Source of the DNA: a bacterium HR33
GTDB taxonomy: Bacteria > Gemmatimonadota > Gemmatimonadetes > Gemmatimonadales > GWC2-71-9
Direction: 5' to 3'
Assembly: GCA_945889655.1 (NCBI GenBank)
Contig: CAMDCH010000003.1
Span: 1-34,272, forward strand
DNA: 34,272 nt
Shown: positions 27,132 to 34,272 of the stretch, in pieces
Layout of the letters: each line of letters opens with the position of its first letter
Numbering within the stretch: position 1 is the first letter of the stretch
Position numbers and translations under genes: made by a program
The notes under the pieces: generated by a model
Database searches by the model: none
What the model saw: only the letters and a program-made list of their open reading frames with translations
What the model was told of the DNA's origin: nothing

Positions 27132-27874
27132 GCGGCTTCCTTGGTCAGGATATCGCGCTCGATCAGGCCGTCCTTCAGATGAATCTGACGGTCCGCAAAC
27201 GCCGCGATATCACGTTCATGAGTGATGAGGATGACGGTCTGCCCCTGGGAGTGCAGGCCGGAGAAGACATTCATGATGTCATGGCTGGTAGCCGAGTCCA
27301 GGTTACCCGTGGGCTCGTCCGCCAGGATGATGCTTGGATCGTTCACCAGTGCCCGCGCGATGGCGACGCGCTGGCGCTGCCCGCCCGAGAGCTCGTTGGG
27401 GCGGTGATGCATGCGGTCGCCCAGTCCCACCTTCTCCAGCGACTCCTTGGCGCGTTCACGCCGTTCCTTTGATCCCACGCCGGCATAGATCAGCGGCAGC
27501 TCCACGTTGTGGAGTGACGTGGCGCGGGGCAGAAGATTGAAAGTCTGGAAGACGAACCCGATTTCCTTGTTCCGGATCCGCGCCAGCTCGTCGTCGGACA
27601 GCTCGCTCACCTTCTGGCTGTTGAGCCAGTACTCGCCGCCGGTCGGCGTATCGAGGCAGCCGAGCAGGTTCATGAGCGTCGACTTGCCCGAGCCCGACGG
27701 TCCCATGATCGCGGTGAACTCGTTGCGCCGGATCTGGATGTCCACCCCGCGCAGTGCGCGCACGGTTTCCGTGCCGAGGATGTAGTCCCGCGCGAGCTTG
27801 TACGTCAGGATGATGACGTCCGGAAGCGGCGTGTCGCCGGTCTGGAACTGCTGGTGCTGGATGCGGGCGGTCAC
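27128..27874 (-). CDS. MacB/LolD-type ABC ATP-binding protein
   Basis: [39 protein letters not shown]. Confidence 0.96.
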   Translation of the reverse strand: MTARIQHQQFQTGDTPLPDVIILTYKLARDYILGTETVRALRGVDIQIRRNEFTAIMGPSGSGKSTLMNLLGCLDTPTGGEYWLNSQKVSELSDDELARIRNKEIGFVFQTFNLLPRATSLHNVELPLIYAGVGSKERRERAKESLEKVGLGDRMHHRPNELSGGQRQRVAIARALVNDPSIILADEPTGNLDSATSHDIMNVFSGLHSQGQTVILITHERDIAAFADRQIHLKDGLIERDILTKEAA

Positions 27875-29196
27875 AGGGCTCGCCCGAGAATGGCTTCGAT
27901 CTGCGCCCGCGCCACCTGGTGATCCACGCGTGCCTGCACGGCATCAACCTCGGACTGGTCGAGCTGCTGTTGCGCCTGGAGGACCTCGACGATGGTCGCC
28001 GCGCCGAGACGATAGCGTTCGCTCTGCACCCGCAGGGCCTCGCTCGCCGCCTCGCGGCTTGCGGAGGCGATGCCAATCCGGGTCTCCGTTGCCTGCAGCT
28101 GGGACAAGTACAGGGTTACCTGGGCGTTGATGTTGCGGCGCGCGTCGTCGGCGGTCGCGGCAGCCGCGTCACGTGCGGCGTTGGCGTTCCACAGCGTCTG
28201 CTCGCGGCGGAGCCCGTTGAACAGCTGGAACGACACGCTGAGACTGAGGTTCCAGGTCGGGTTCATTGCGCCATAGTCGAGCGCGCTGCCGAAGCTGGCT
28301 GCCGACGCATTGCGCGAGTTGCTGTAGCTCGCGCCGAGGGTCGGGAAGTAGGCCACGCGTGCCTGGCTGACGCTGGCTTCCTGCGTGCGAAGTGAGGCAG
28401 CGGCCTGGAGGATAGTCGGCGCCCGGGACATGGCCTCTGCGCGGAGACCGGTCGTGTCCACCGCGCTGACCGCAAACACGCTCGAATCACCGACCGCCTT
28501 GACGGGCTTGTCGAAGCCGATCAGGCGCGCGAGCTGAGCTTCGGCGTTGGTACGCGCCGTCTGCGCGTTCAGCACCTGGAGCTTGGCCTGGCCCACCGCG
28601 ACGGTTGCCGTCAGCGTGTCGGACCGGACGGCGCTCCCGGCGGCCAGCTTGGAGCGCGCGATCTTCAGGTTCTCTTCCGCGCGCTGCTGGCTGGTGCGCT
28701 GCACCCGCTCGAGCTCGGCGGCAGCAAGGGCGTTGTAGAACTGCTGCTTGGTCTGGAGCGCGACGCTGAAGCGCTGGGTCACCACGCCGGCCTCGGCGCT
28801 CGCCATGGCGGCATTCGCCGTCTTCGCCTGGAAGATGCGTGCACCGGCGTCGAAAATCGTGAGGCTCGAGTTGAACCCGAACGACCCGGAGTATGGCGTC
28901 AGGACCTGGACGCTTTGACCTGTGACGGTATTGAACCGGTTGGAGGGACTCTTGCCGACACCGGTGCTCACGCTGAGGCTCGGCAGCCAGCTGGCCAGCG
29001 CCACCCTCTTCAGCGAAGTGGCGTTGGTCAGCGACGCCTGCGCCTGCACGATCGACGGATGGTCCCGCAGCGCGAGGCTGATCGCCTCGCTCAGCGTCAC
29101 CGTCGGAACCTGTACCGGGGCCGCAGCCTGCTGGGCCCGGAGGGTCCCCGCGGCCGTCATGGTCAATCCAAGAACTGCCAGAGTCTTAACGCGCAC
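27871..29196 (-). CDS. TolC-family outer-membrane factor
   Basis: GTG at 29196 with AGGGAG RBS; signal peptide; two OEP repeats ([39 protein letters not shown]). Confidence 0.9.
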   Translation of the reverse strand: MRVKTLAVLGLTMTAAGTLRAQQAAAPVQVPTVTLSEAISLALRDHPSIVQAQASLTNATSLKRVALASWLPSLSVSTGVGKSPSNRFNTVTGQSVQVLTPYSGSFGFNSSLTIFDAGARIFQAKTANAAMASAEAGVVTQRFSVALQTKQQFYNALAAAELERVQRTSQQRAEENLKIARSKLAAGSAVRSDTLTATVAVGQAKLQVLNAQTARTNAEAQLARLIGFDKPVKAVGDSSVFAVSAVDTTGLRAEAMSRAPTILQAAASLRTQEASVSQARVAYFPTLGASYSNSRNASAASFGSALDYGAMNPTWNLSLSVSFQLFNGLRREQTLWNANAARDAAAATADDARRNINAQVTLYLSQLQATETRIGIASASREAASEALRVQSERYRLGAATIVEVLQAQQQLDQSEVDAVQARVDHQVARAQIEAILGRAL

Positions 29197-29662
29197 GATC
29201 TTTCTCCCTTTCCTTTTCACGTTTCCGGGCGACGCTGTCCGCGCGTGCACTCCAGCGCTCGAACGCCGCCTTCTGGTCGTTGTTGAGAACCCGCATGATG
29301 TCGTCACGGACCAGCCCGCGAAGGCTGTCGAACTTCGGCCGGGAATCCTCCCGCATCCGGTTCCACACGCCTTCCATGGCCGGCTCCCACCGCTTCAGGA
29401 TTGCCTGCACGGTGTCCTTCTGCACGGGAGTCAGGCTCAGCTCCCGCTCCAGCGTGGACACGAACCCGCGGCCGCCCCGGTCATTGGGGCCCCCACGGTC
29501 GTTCGGTCCGCCGCGTCCTCCCCGGTCGGAACGCTGGTCCTGGCGCGGCCGCCCGATATCGTCGCCGAACCCCCAGCGCGAGGTCGCCCGCCCGGTCACC
29601 CCTCCTACCGCGAAGGTGGCGATCAGCAGTGCCGCCGCCCCCAGTTGTTTTCCTGTCACCAT
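29186..29662 (-). CDS. Membrane-anchored Spy/CpxP-like periplasmic helical protein
   Basis: N-terminal TM (TFAVGGVTG), ELSLTPVQ and VLNNDQ LTxxQ-like motifs, RGG-rich linker. Start is uncertain. Confidence 0.65.
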   Translation of the reverse strand: MVTGKQLGAAALLIATFAVGGVTGRATSRWGFGDDIGRPRQDQRSDRGGRGGPNDRGGPNDRGGRGFVSTLERELSLTPVQKDTVQAILKRWEPAMEGVWNRMREDSRPKFDSLRGLVRDDIMRVLNNDQKAAFERWSARADSVARKREKEREKDRAR

Positions 29663-29687
29663 TGAGACACTCGATCTTCCCGTTTCG

Positions 29688-30047
29688 TCAGTCGTTGACC
29701 CGCTCTTCACCCATCACCATCTCGACCCGGAAGTCCGGCACCACCTCTGATGCCAGCAGGGTCTGCGCGGACAGCGATTCCGCCGCTACCGCTTCTTCTA
29801 CCGTGGCTGCCATGTCCAACGCCGGCTGACCCGACAGCCACACGGTCCCCGCCACCAGCATCACGACCGCCGCCGCGAGGCCCGGCCGGGCCCATTCGCC
29901 CAGGATCCCGAACGGGGTTTCCATGACGATCTGTGCCGGCACCCGTTCCATCACCCGCTTGGCGAACGCGGCATCGTCGGGCGCGGAAAGCAGATCGCGC
30001 AATGCGCTTCCCAGATCCTCGTCAGGCCGATGATCGAATTCGTTCAT
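29688..30047 (-). CDS. Probable single-pass anti-sigma factor
   Basis: ATGA overlap with the sigma stop, AAGGAG RBS; FAKRVMER helix followed by one TM helix. Confidence 0.7.
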   Translation of the reverse strand: MNEFDHRPDEDLGSALRDLLSAPDDAAFAKRVMERVPAQIVMETPFGILGEWARPGLAAAVVMLVAGTVWLSGQPALDMAATVEEAVAAESLSAQTLLASEVVPDFRVEMVMGEERVND

Positions 30048-30586
30048 GTTTTCTCCTTGTGCCACACCGCGAGCGTTTCACGCAGCGCCCGCCGGGCATG
30101 GAAGACGTCCGACCGCACGGTGCCTTCCGAAACATTTACGACCTGCGCTATCTCCCGATGCGAATACCCTTCCACGTCGAACAGCGTCACCGCGATACGC
30201 TGCCGGGTCGGCAGCAGGGCCAGCGCCTTGTCCAGCGCCGCCCGCAACGCGCTCCGGTCCGCTTCCTGGTCCGGGCCCGCCGCGCGGGTCATCGCGTCCG
30301 CCGGGATCTGCTCCGTGGACCTCACCTTCAGTCGCCGCCGCCGGTCCGACGCGGCATTCGCCACGATACGCAACAGCCACGGGCCGAAGGGTCGGGTCGG
30401 GTCGTACCGCTCGAGGGCTCTCAATGCCGCGAGAAATCCGTCCTGCGCCGCATCGTCGGCATCGTCCGCATTTCCCAGAATGGAACGCGCCAGCCGCCGT
30501 GCGGTGCCCGCATACCGCTCGACCAGGGTCCCGAAGGCCTCCCGGTCGCCCGCCCCCGCCCTGGCGGCGAGCTCGGCGTCCTCCAT
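30044..30586 (-). CDS. ECF sigma-70 factor
   Basis: GDREAFGTLVERY, DADDAAQDGF, FGPWLLRIVAN, EGYSHREIA, SEGTVRSDVFHARRALR. ATG 30586 preferred over 30634. Confidence 0.93.
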   Translation of the reverse strand: MEDAELAARAGAGDREAFGTLVERYAGTARRLARSILGNADDADDAAQDGFLAALRALERYDPTRPFGPWLLRIVANAASDRRRRLKVRSTEQIPADAMTRAAGPDQEADRSALRAALDKALALLPTRQRIAVTLFDVEGYSHREIAQVVNVSEGTVRSDVFHARRALRETLAVWHKEKT

Positions 30587-30593
30587 ATCTCCC

Positions 30594-30620
30594 TTACGCA
30601 CTACCGGTTCCAGACGTTGC
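30594..30620 (-). promoter_or_regulatory. Candidate autoregulatory ECF promoter GCAAC-N17-CGTAA
   Basis: Minus strand reads GCAAC gtctggaaccggtagtg CGTAA gggagat ATG, fitting the general ECF AAC-N16/17-CGT consensus. Confidence 0.6.
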
Positions 30621-30626
30621 CCCCTG

Positions 30627-32051
30627 TCACTCATCCGCGGTCAGGCGGCGGCGCTGGTAGAAGTGCCAGGCGGCGGTGCCTCCCAGCCAGAAACAGGCGA
30701 ACGCAAACAGTGTCGCCATGATCCTCGGCAGGGCCAGGAACAGGACCCCGCTCCCCACCAGCGCAAAGATCGTCGCCCCGGCGATCGAACGACGCGCGCC
30801 CGCCGCCACCTGCCGCAGGTTCACCACCGCCCGCCGCGACCGCTCCTGCGGCCACGGCTCGTGATCGACTACCTCGGGATCAGGCGCCGTCTGGCGCGCC
30901 ACCGGCGGGAGGCGTTCGCCCAGCGGCCCGCGCGCCCAGCGCGGGCGGCGCAGCACCACCTCCACCGATCGCGAGAGATCGATCCGGAACTGCTGGATCG
31001 CGTCGCCGGTGACCTGTTCGTCTTCCACCAGCAGGTCCAGCTCGTAGTTCGACCGCAGGCTGGACGAGTTGATGTTGCTGGACCCCACCTTGAAGAACCG
31101 CGAATCCACGATCACCGTCTTCGCGTGGAGCATCGGGCCGCGCCACTCCCAGATCCGCACCCCCGCCTCCAGCAGCTCGCGATACCCGACGCGTGACAGC
31201 GCCGCCATCACGGGGATGTCCGTGCGCCCCGGCACCAGCAATCGGACATCGAGGCCGTCCCGCGCGGCCGCGATCAGCGACGCCAGCATCGGCTGCGGTG
31301 GCAGCAGGTACGCATCGGTGATCCACATCCGCTCGGCCGCGCCCGCCGCCATCAGCTGCAGCGTCCGGTACACCCGCAGGCTCGCCGGGATGCCCTCGAT
31401 CACGCGGACCGTGGCATCCCCAGCCTCCTCCGCGAGCGAGACCGGGCCTGGCTCGGGCAGCGGAGCGCCCGCCAGCCCCCACGTGTGGGCGAACGAGAGG
31501 TCCAGGACCGCCACCGCCGGACCCCGCACCAGCACCGCCGTGTCGCGCCAGGGGCGGCGCTTCCGCGCCGGATCACCCTGCCACTCGTCGCCGATGCAGA
31601 GGCCACCCACGGTGGCTACCGAACCGTCCGCCGAGACGTACTTGCGGTGATTGCGCTCGATGGATTCGAGCGGCCGGAACAGGTTCACCGGGTTGAAGGT
31701 CCTGACCTCCACACCGCCCGCCCGCAGCTTCTGCCAGTACGACGACGGGGTGCCTCGGCAGCCGAAATAGTCGTACAGGACCCGCACCGCCACGCCCCGC
31801 GTCGCCGCCGCGATGAGCAGGTCCGCAAACCGGCGGCCGGTCTGGTCGTCGCTGATGATGTAGTTCTCGAAATGCACCCACCGCCGGGCCGCGCCGATGA
31901 TCTCGTACATCGCGGCGAACGCCGCGGGCCCGTCCGTGAGATGCCCGATCGCGTTGCCCGGAATGGCCCGGCCACCCGCCGCGCGATCAAGCGCGCGCTC
32001 CATCGCATGGCGCTCGAGATGGCGCGTGCGCCCGGTGACCGGAACGCTCAT
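30627..32051 (-). CDS. cls: Cardiolipin synthase / phospholipase D family with C-terminal TM hairpin
   Basis: Two HKD motifs (HRKYVSAD, HAKTVIVD), WRDT, GSSN. ATG 32051 overlaps the HD-gene TGA. Confidence 0.88.
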   Translation of the reverse strand: MSVPVTGRTRHLERHAMERALDRAAGGRAIPGNAIGHLTDGPAAFAAMYEIIGAARRWVHFENYIISDDQTGRRFADLLIAAATRGVAVRVLYDYFGCRGTPSSYWQKLRAGGVEVRTFNPVNLFRPLESIERNHRKYVSADGSVATVGGLCIGDEWQGDPARKRRPWRDTAVLVRGPAVAVLDLSFAHTWGLAGAPLPEPGPVSLAEEAGDATVRVIEGIPASLRVYRTLQLMAAGAAERMWITDAYLLPPQPMLASLIAAARDGLDVRLLVPGRTDIPVMAALSRVGYRELLEAGVRIWEWRGPMLHAKTVIVDSRFFKVGSSNINSSSLRSNYELDLLVEDEQVTGDAIQQFRIDLSRSVEVVLRRPRWARGPLGERLPPVARQTAPDPEVVDHEPWPQERSRRAVVNLRQVAAGARRSIAGATIFALVGSGVLFLALPRIMATLFAFACFWLGGTAAWHFYQRRRLTADE

Positions 32052-32623
32052 GCCGCGCCGAGGCCCAGCGTCTGCTCGATGGGCCGGAGGGCCTCCAGCA
32101 CGAAGAGGATGTGTTCGTCCAGCGGCACACCCAGCTCCGCGGTCCCCTGGTGCACGTCGTCCCGGTTCACGCCCCGGGCAAACGCCTTGTCCTTGAGCTT
32201 CTTCTTCACGCTCGATACTTCCAGATCCTTCAGGGACTTGGAGGGTCGCACCAGCGCGCACGCCACCAGGAAGCCGCACAGCTCGTCAACCGCGAAGAGC
32301 GTCTTCGCCATCTGGGTTTCGCGCGGGACCCCGGTGTAGGACGCGTGACCGAGAATGGCCTGGAGCATGGGCTCCGGAACTCCCCGTTCCCGCAAAACCT
32401 TCACGCCCGCCGACGGATGTTCCTCGGTGGCCGAACGCGCGTCGTTGGGGAAGCGCTCGTAGTCAAAGTCGTGCATGAGCCCCACGATGCCCCACGACTC
32501 CTCGTCCTCCCCGTGCTTCCGGGCATACGCGCGCATCGCCCCCTCCACTGCGTACATGTGCTTCCGCAGCGCTTCGGAGGGCGTGTACTCCTGCATCAGG
32601 GCGAGCGCTTCGGTGCGATTCAT
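32048..32623 (-). CDS. HD-domain (HDIG-type) phosphohydrolase
   Basis: GGAGG RBS; LRKHMYAVE, GLMHDFDYE, EEHP, AILGHA, LFAVDELCG, KDKAFARGVNRDD. Confidence 0.9.
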   Translation of the reverse strand: MNRTEALALMQEYTPSEALRKHMYAVEGAMRAYARKHGEDEESWGIVGLMHDFDYERFPNDARSATEEHPSAGVKVLRERGVPEPMLQAILGHASYTGVPRETQMAKTLFAVDELCGFLVACALVRPSKSLKDLEVSSVKKKLKDKAFARGVNRDDVHQGTAELGVPLDEHILFVLEALRPIEQTLGLGAA

Positions 32624-32633
32624 GAACCTCCAA

Positions 32634-32711
32634 CGGTGCGTGGTTCGCGGTGCGCGGTTCGCGGGGGTGCATGAGGAGTCCCGCGCACCTCGCACCGCAC
32701 ACCGCGCACCG
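32634..32711. repeat. Inverted heptamer arrays (CGGTGCG/CGGTTCG) between asnB and the HD gene
   Basis: Left cggtgcg tggttcg cggtgcg cggttcg; right cgcacct cgcaccg cacaccg cgcaccg. Confidence 0.88.
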
Positions 32712-34271
32712 TCAACTCCACTTCTCCATCCAAACCTGGAGCACCACCAGGGCCCACAATCCGCGGGCAACCCCGAAGTCTCCGGCGCGGTGTCTCCCCA
32801 GAAGTTCACTGGCTGCGTCGGGGTTGAGTAGCCACTGCCGCGAAAGACCGGCGGGATCGAGCAGGGCGTCCACCCTCCCACGGAGAGGTCCATTCACCAG
32901 GTGCGAGATGGGCACCGAGAGCCCGCGCTTCCGCCGGTGCACGATATCGCGGGGGAGAAGCGCGGATGCGGCCTGCTTCAGGATCCACTTGGTGGTGAGC
33001 CCGCGGACCTTGAACCGTGTCGGAAGGCCGAACGCAAACTCCGTCACGGCGCCGTCGAGATACGGCGCGCGCGCCTCGAGCGACGCCAGCATCGTGGCCC
33101 GGTCGATCTTGGGGAGCAGACGGTCGCGGAGGTAGGTGCGGTAGTCGAAGTGCATGGCTGCGGTGACGACGTCCGGTGCGCGGTGTGCGGTGCGCGGTGC
33201 GCGTGAACTGCTCGGGAGTTGGTCCCCCCGCGAACCGCGAACCGCGAACCGCGCACCGTCCAGTCCTGATCCCATCCACGCGACGTGTCGTGCGTCCCAC
33301 GGCTTCCCAGCATGTTCCGCGAGAGATCGAACCAGGTAACTCAGCGGCACGGCGTTCCCCGAGTTCGGCAACAACCGCGCGACCAGCGGCAGCCATCCAC
33401 TCACCCAGGGCGCCAGGCGATGGCCGATGTACGCGGGGTAGCCGCCAAAGAGCTCGTCCGCGCCTTCACCCGCCAACACCACGCCCACGTGCTCGCGCGC
33501 CGAGCGCGCCAGGAGGTACGTGGGCAGGATGGCGGGATCGGCAATCGGCTCGGCGACCGCCGAACCCACCGTCTCGAATGCCTCCGCCAGCTCGGTATCG
33601 CCCGCGAGCACCTCGTGATGCTTCGTGCCGATCAGCCGGGCAACCCTCTGCGCGGACGCTCCTTCGTCATAGGACGCGGAAGTGAAGCGAACGGTGAAGG
33701 TCCGACGCACGCCCTCGCGGGCAGCGAGCGCCGCGATCAGCGAGGAATCCAGGCCGCCGCTCAGGAAAACGCCCACCGGGACGTCCGCGGTGAGCTGCCG
33801 GCGGACGGAGGCGGTGAGCAGTGAGAGCAGACGGTCAGACGGTCTGACGGTCAGACGGTCGGGATCCGGGACCGTCAGTTGGGTGCGTTGCTCGGTGGTC
33901 GTCTGGCCATTCGACCATAACGCCGTCGAACCCGCTGGCAACTTCCTCACCGCGGCAAACATCGTCCGCGGCTCGCGGACGTATCCGAACGCGAGGTAGT
34001 CATCGACTGCGGCGGGATCCAGCTCTCGGCTCACATCCGGGTGCGACAGCAGCGCCTGGACCTCGGAGGCAAACAGGAGCTCGTGCGCGGTCTGTGCGTA
34101 GAAGAGCGGTTTCTCGCCCGCGCGGTCGCGGGCGAGGATCAGCTGTCTGCGGGCATCATCCCAGATGGCGAGCGCGAACATTCCCTCGATGCGCGACAGG
34201 CCCTTCGCTCCGTCCTCACGGTAGAGCGGAAGCACCACCTCCGCGTCCGAGCGTGAGCGAAACGGATACGA
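32712..34271 (-). CDS. asnB: Asparagine synthase (glutamine-hydrolysing) family amidotransferase, 5' part outside window
   Basis: Frame is open to the window edge (FRSRSDAEVVL); GMFALAIWD, ARDRAGEKPLFY, LSGGLDSS, GEGADELFGGY, SLEARAPYLD. Confidence 0.93.
   Translation of the reverse strand, partial: SYPFRSRSDAEVVLPLYREDGAKGLSRIEGMFALAIWDDARRQLILARDRAGEKPLFYAQTAHELLFASEVQALLSHPDVSRELDPAAVDDYLAFGYVREPRTMFAAVRKLPAGSTALWSNGQTTTEQRTQLTVPDPDRLTVRPSDRLLSLLTASVRRQLTADVPVGVFLSGGLDSSLIAALAAREGVRRTFTVRFTSASYDEGASAQRVARLIGTKHHEVLAGDTELAEAFETVGSAVAEPIADPAILPTYLLARSAREHVGVVLAGEGADELFGGYPAYIGHRLAPWVSGWLPLVARLLPNSGNAVPLSYLVRSLAEHAGKPWDARHVAWMGSGLDGARFAVRGSRGDQLPSSSRAPRTAHRAPDVVTAAMHFDYRTYLRDRLLPKIDRATMLASLEARAPYLDGAVTEFAFGLPTRFKVRGLTTKWILKQAASALLPRDIVHRRKRGLSVPISHLVNGPLRGRVDALLDPAGLSRQWLLNPDAASELLGRHRAGDFGVARGLWALVVLQVWMEKWS
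33174..33258. repeat. Inverted heptamer arrays inside the asnB coding sequence
   Basis: Left cggtgcg cggtgtg cggtgcg cggtgcg; right cgaaccg cgaaccg cgaaccg cgcaccg; encodes GARFAVRGSRGDQLPSSSRAPRTAHRAP. Confidence 0.9.
33828..33878. repeat. Octamer tandem (CWGACGGT)x4 plus one inverted unit inside asnB
   Basis: cagacggt cagacggt ctgacggt cagacggt ... accgtcag; encodes LTVPDPDRLTVRPSDRL in the inter-domain linker. Confidence 0.85.
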
Positions 34272-34272
34272 C

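Noticed and set aside
4804-32893. Longer N-termini in the ORF track (starts 4980, 8071, 24153, 29307, 30065, 32279, 32893)
   Set aside because: They overlap neighbouring real genes or repeat elements; internal starts with RBS, stop/start coupling or family-typical N-termini fit better.
9656-33258. Repeat arrays as CRISPR
   Set aside because: Units are 7-8 nt tandem and inverted, not 23-47-nt repeats with unique spacers, and there are no cas genes.
3766-33824. Many long plus-strand and alternate-frame ORFs (e.g. 17647-19317, 20704-22005, 14179-15405, 5546-6736)
   Set aside because: They are antisense or off-frame shadows of well-supported genes in high-GC DNA, Arg/Pro/Ala-rich and without recognisable motifs.

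Overview
High-GC bacterial window with nearly all genes on the minus strand. Gene content and repeat style suggest Gemmatimonadota, but that is an inference. From left to right it holds: (1) the left end of an IS3-family element that truncates a His-rich lipoprotein gene, which is paired with a CxxC-bearing outer-membrane beta-barrel; (2) a patch of small envelope genes containing two deletion scars missed by the ORF track, a 59-aa internally deleted alpha/beta-hydrolase and a 20-codon ABC-permease C-terminus; (3) a yggX-hcrC-hcrA-(beta-barrel)-hcrB-like xanthine-oxidase-family molybdoenzyme operon, in which the large subunit has Gln at the catalytic Glu position and YggX has four Cys; (4) small genes, DinB and thrB; (5) a cyclic beta-1,2-glucan synthase gene sandwiched between two CBM9-like/DUF5916-type outer-membrane paralogs; (6) an ECF sigma/anti-sigma/Spy-like/TolC/MacAB-type module with a candidate autoregulatory ECF promoter; (7) cardiolipin synthase, an HD-domain protein and a partial asnB. 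Throughout the window are 7-8-nt tandem arrays arranged as inverted arms, built from several different unit sequences and found both between genes and in frame inside genes. Several genes look leaderless. All family calls come from motif recognition by eye; no searches were run.
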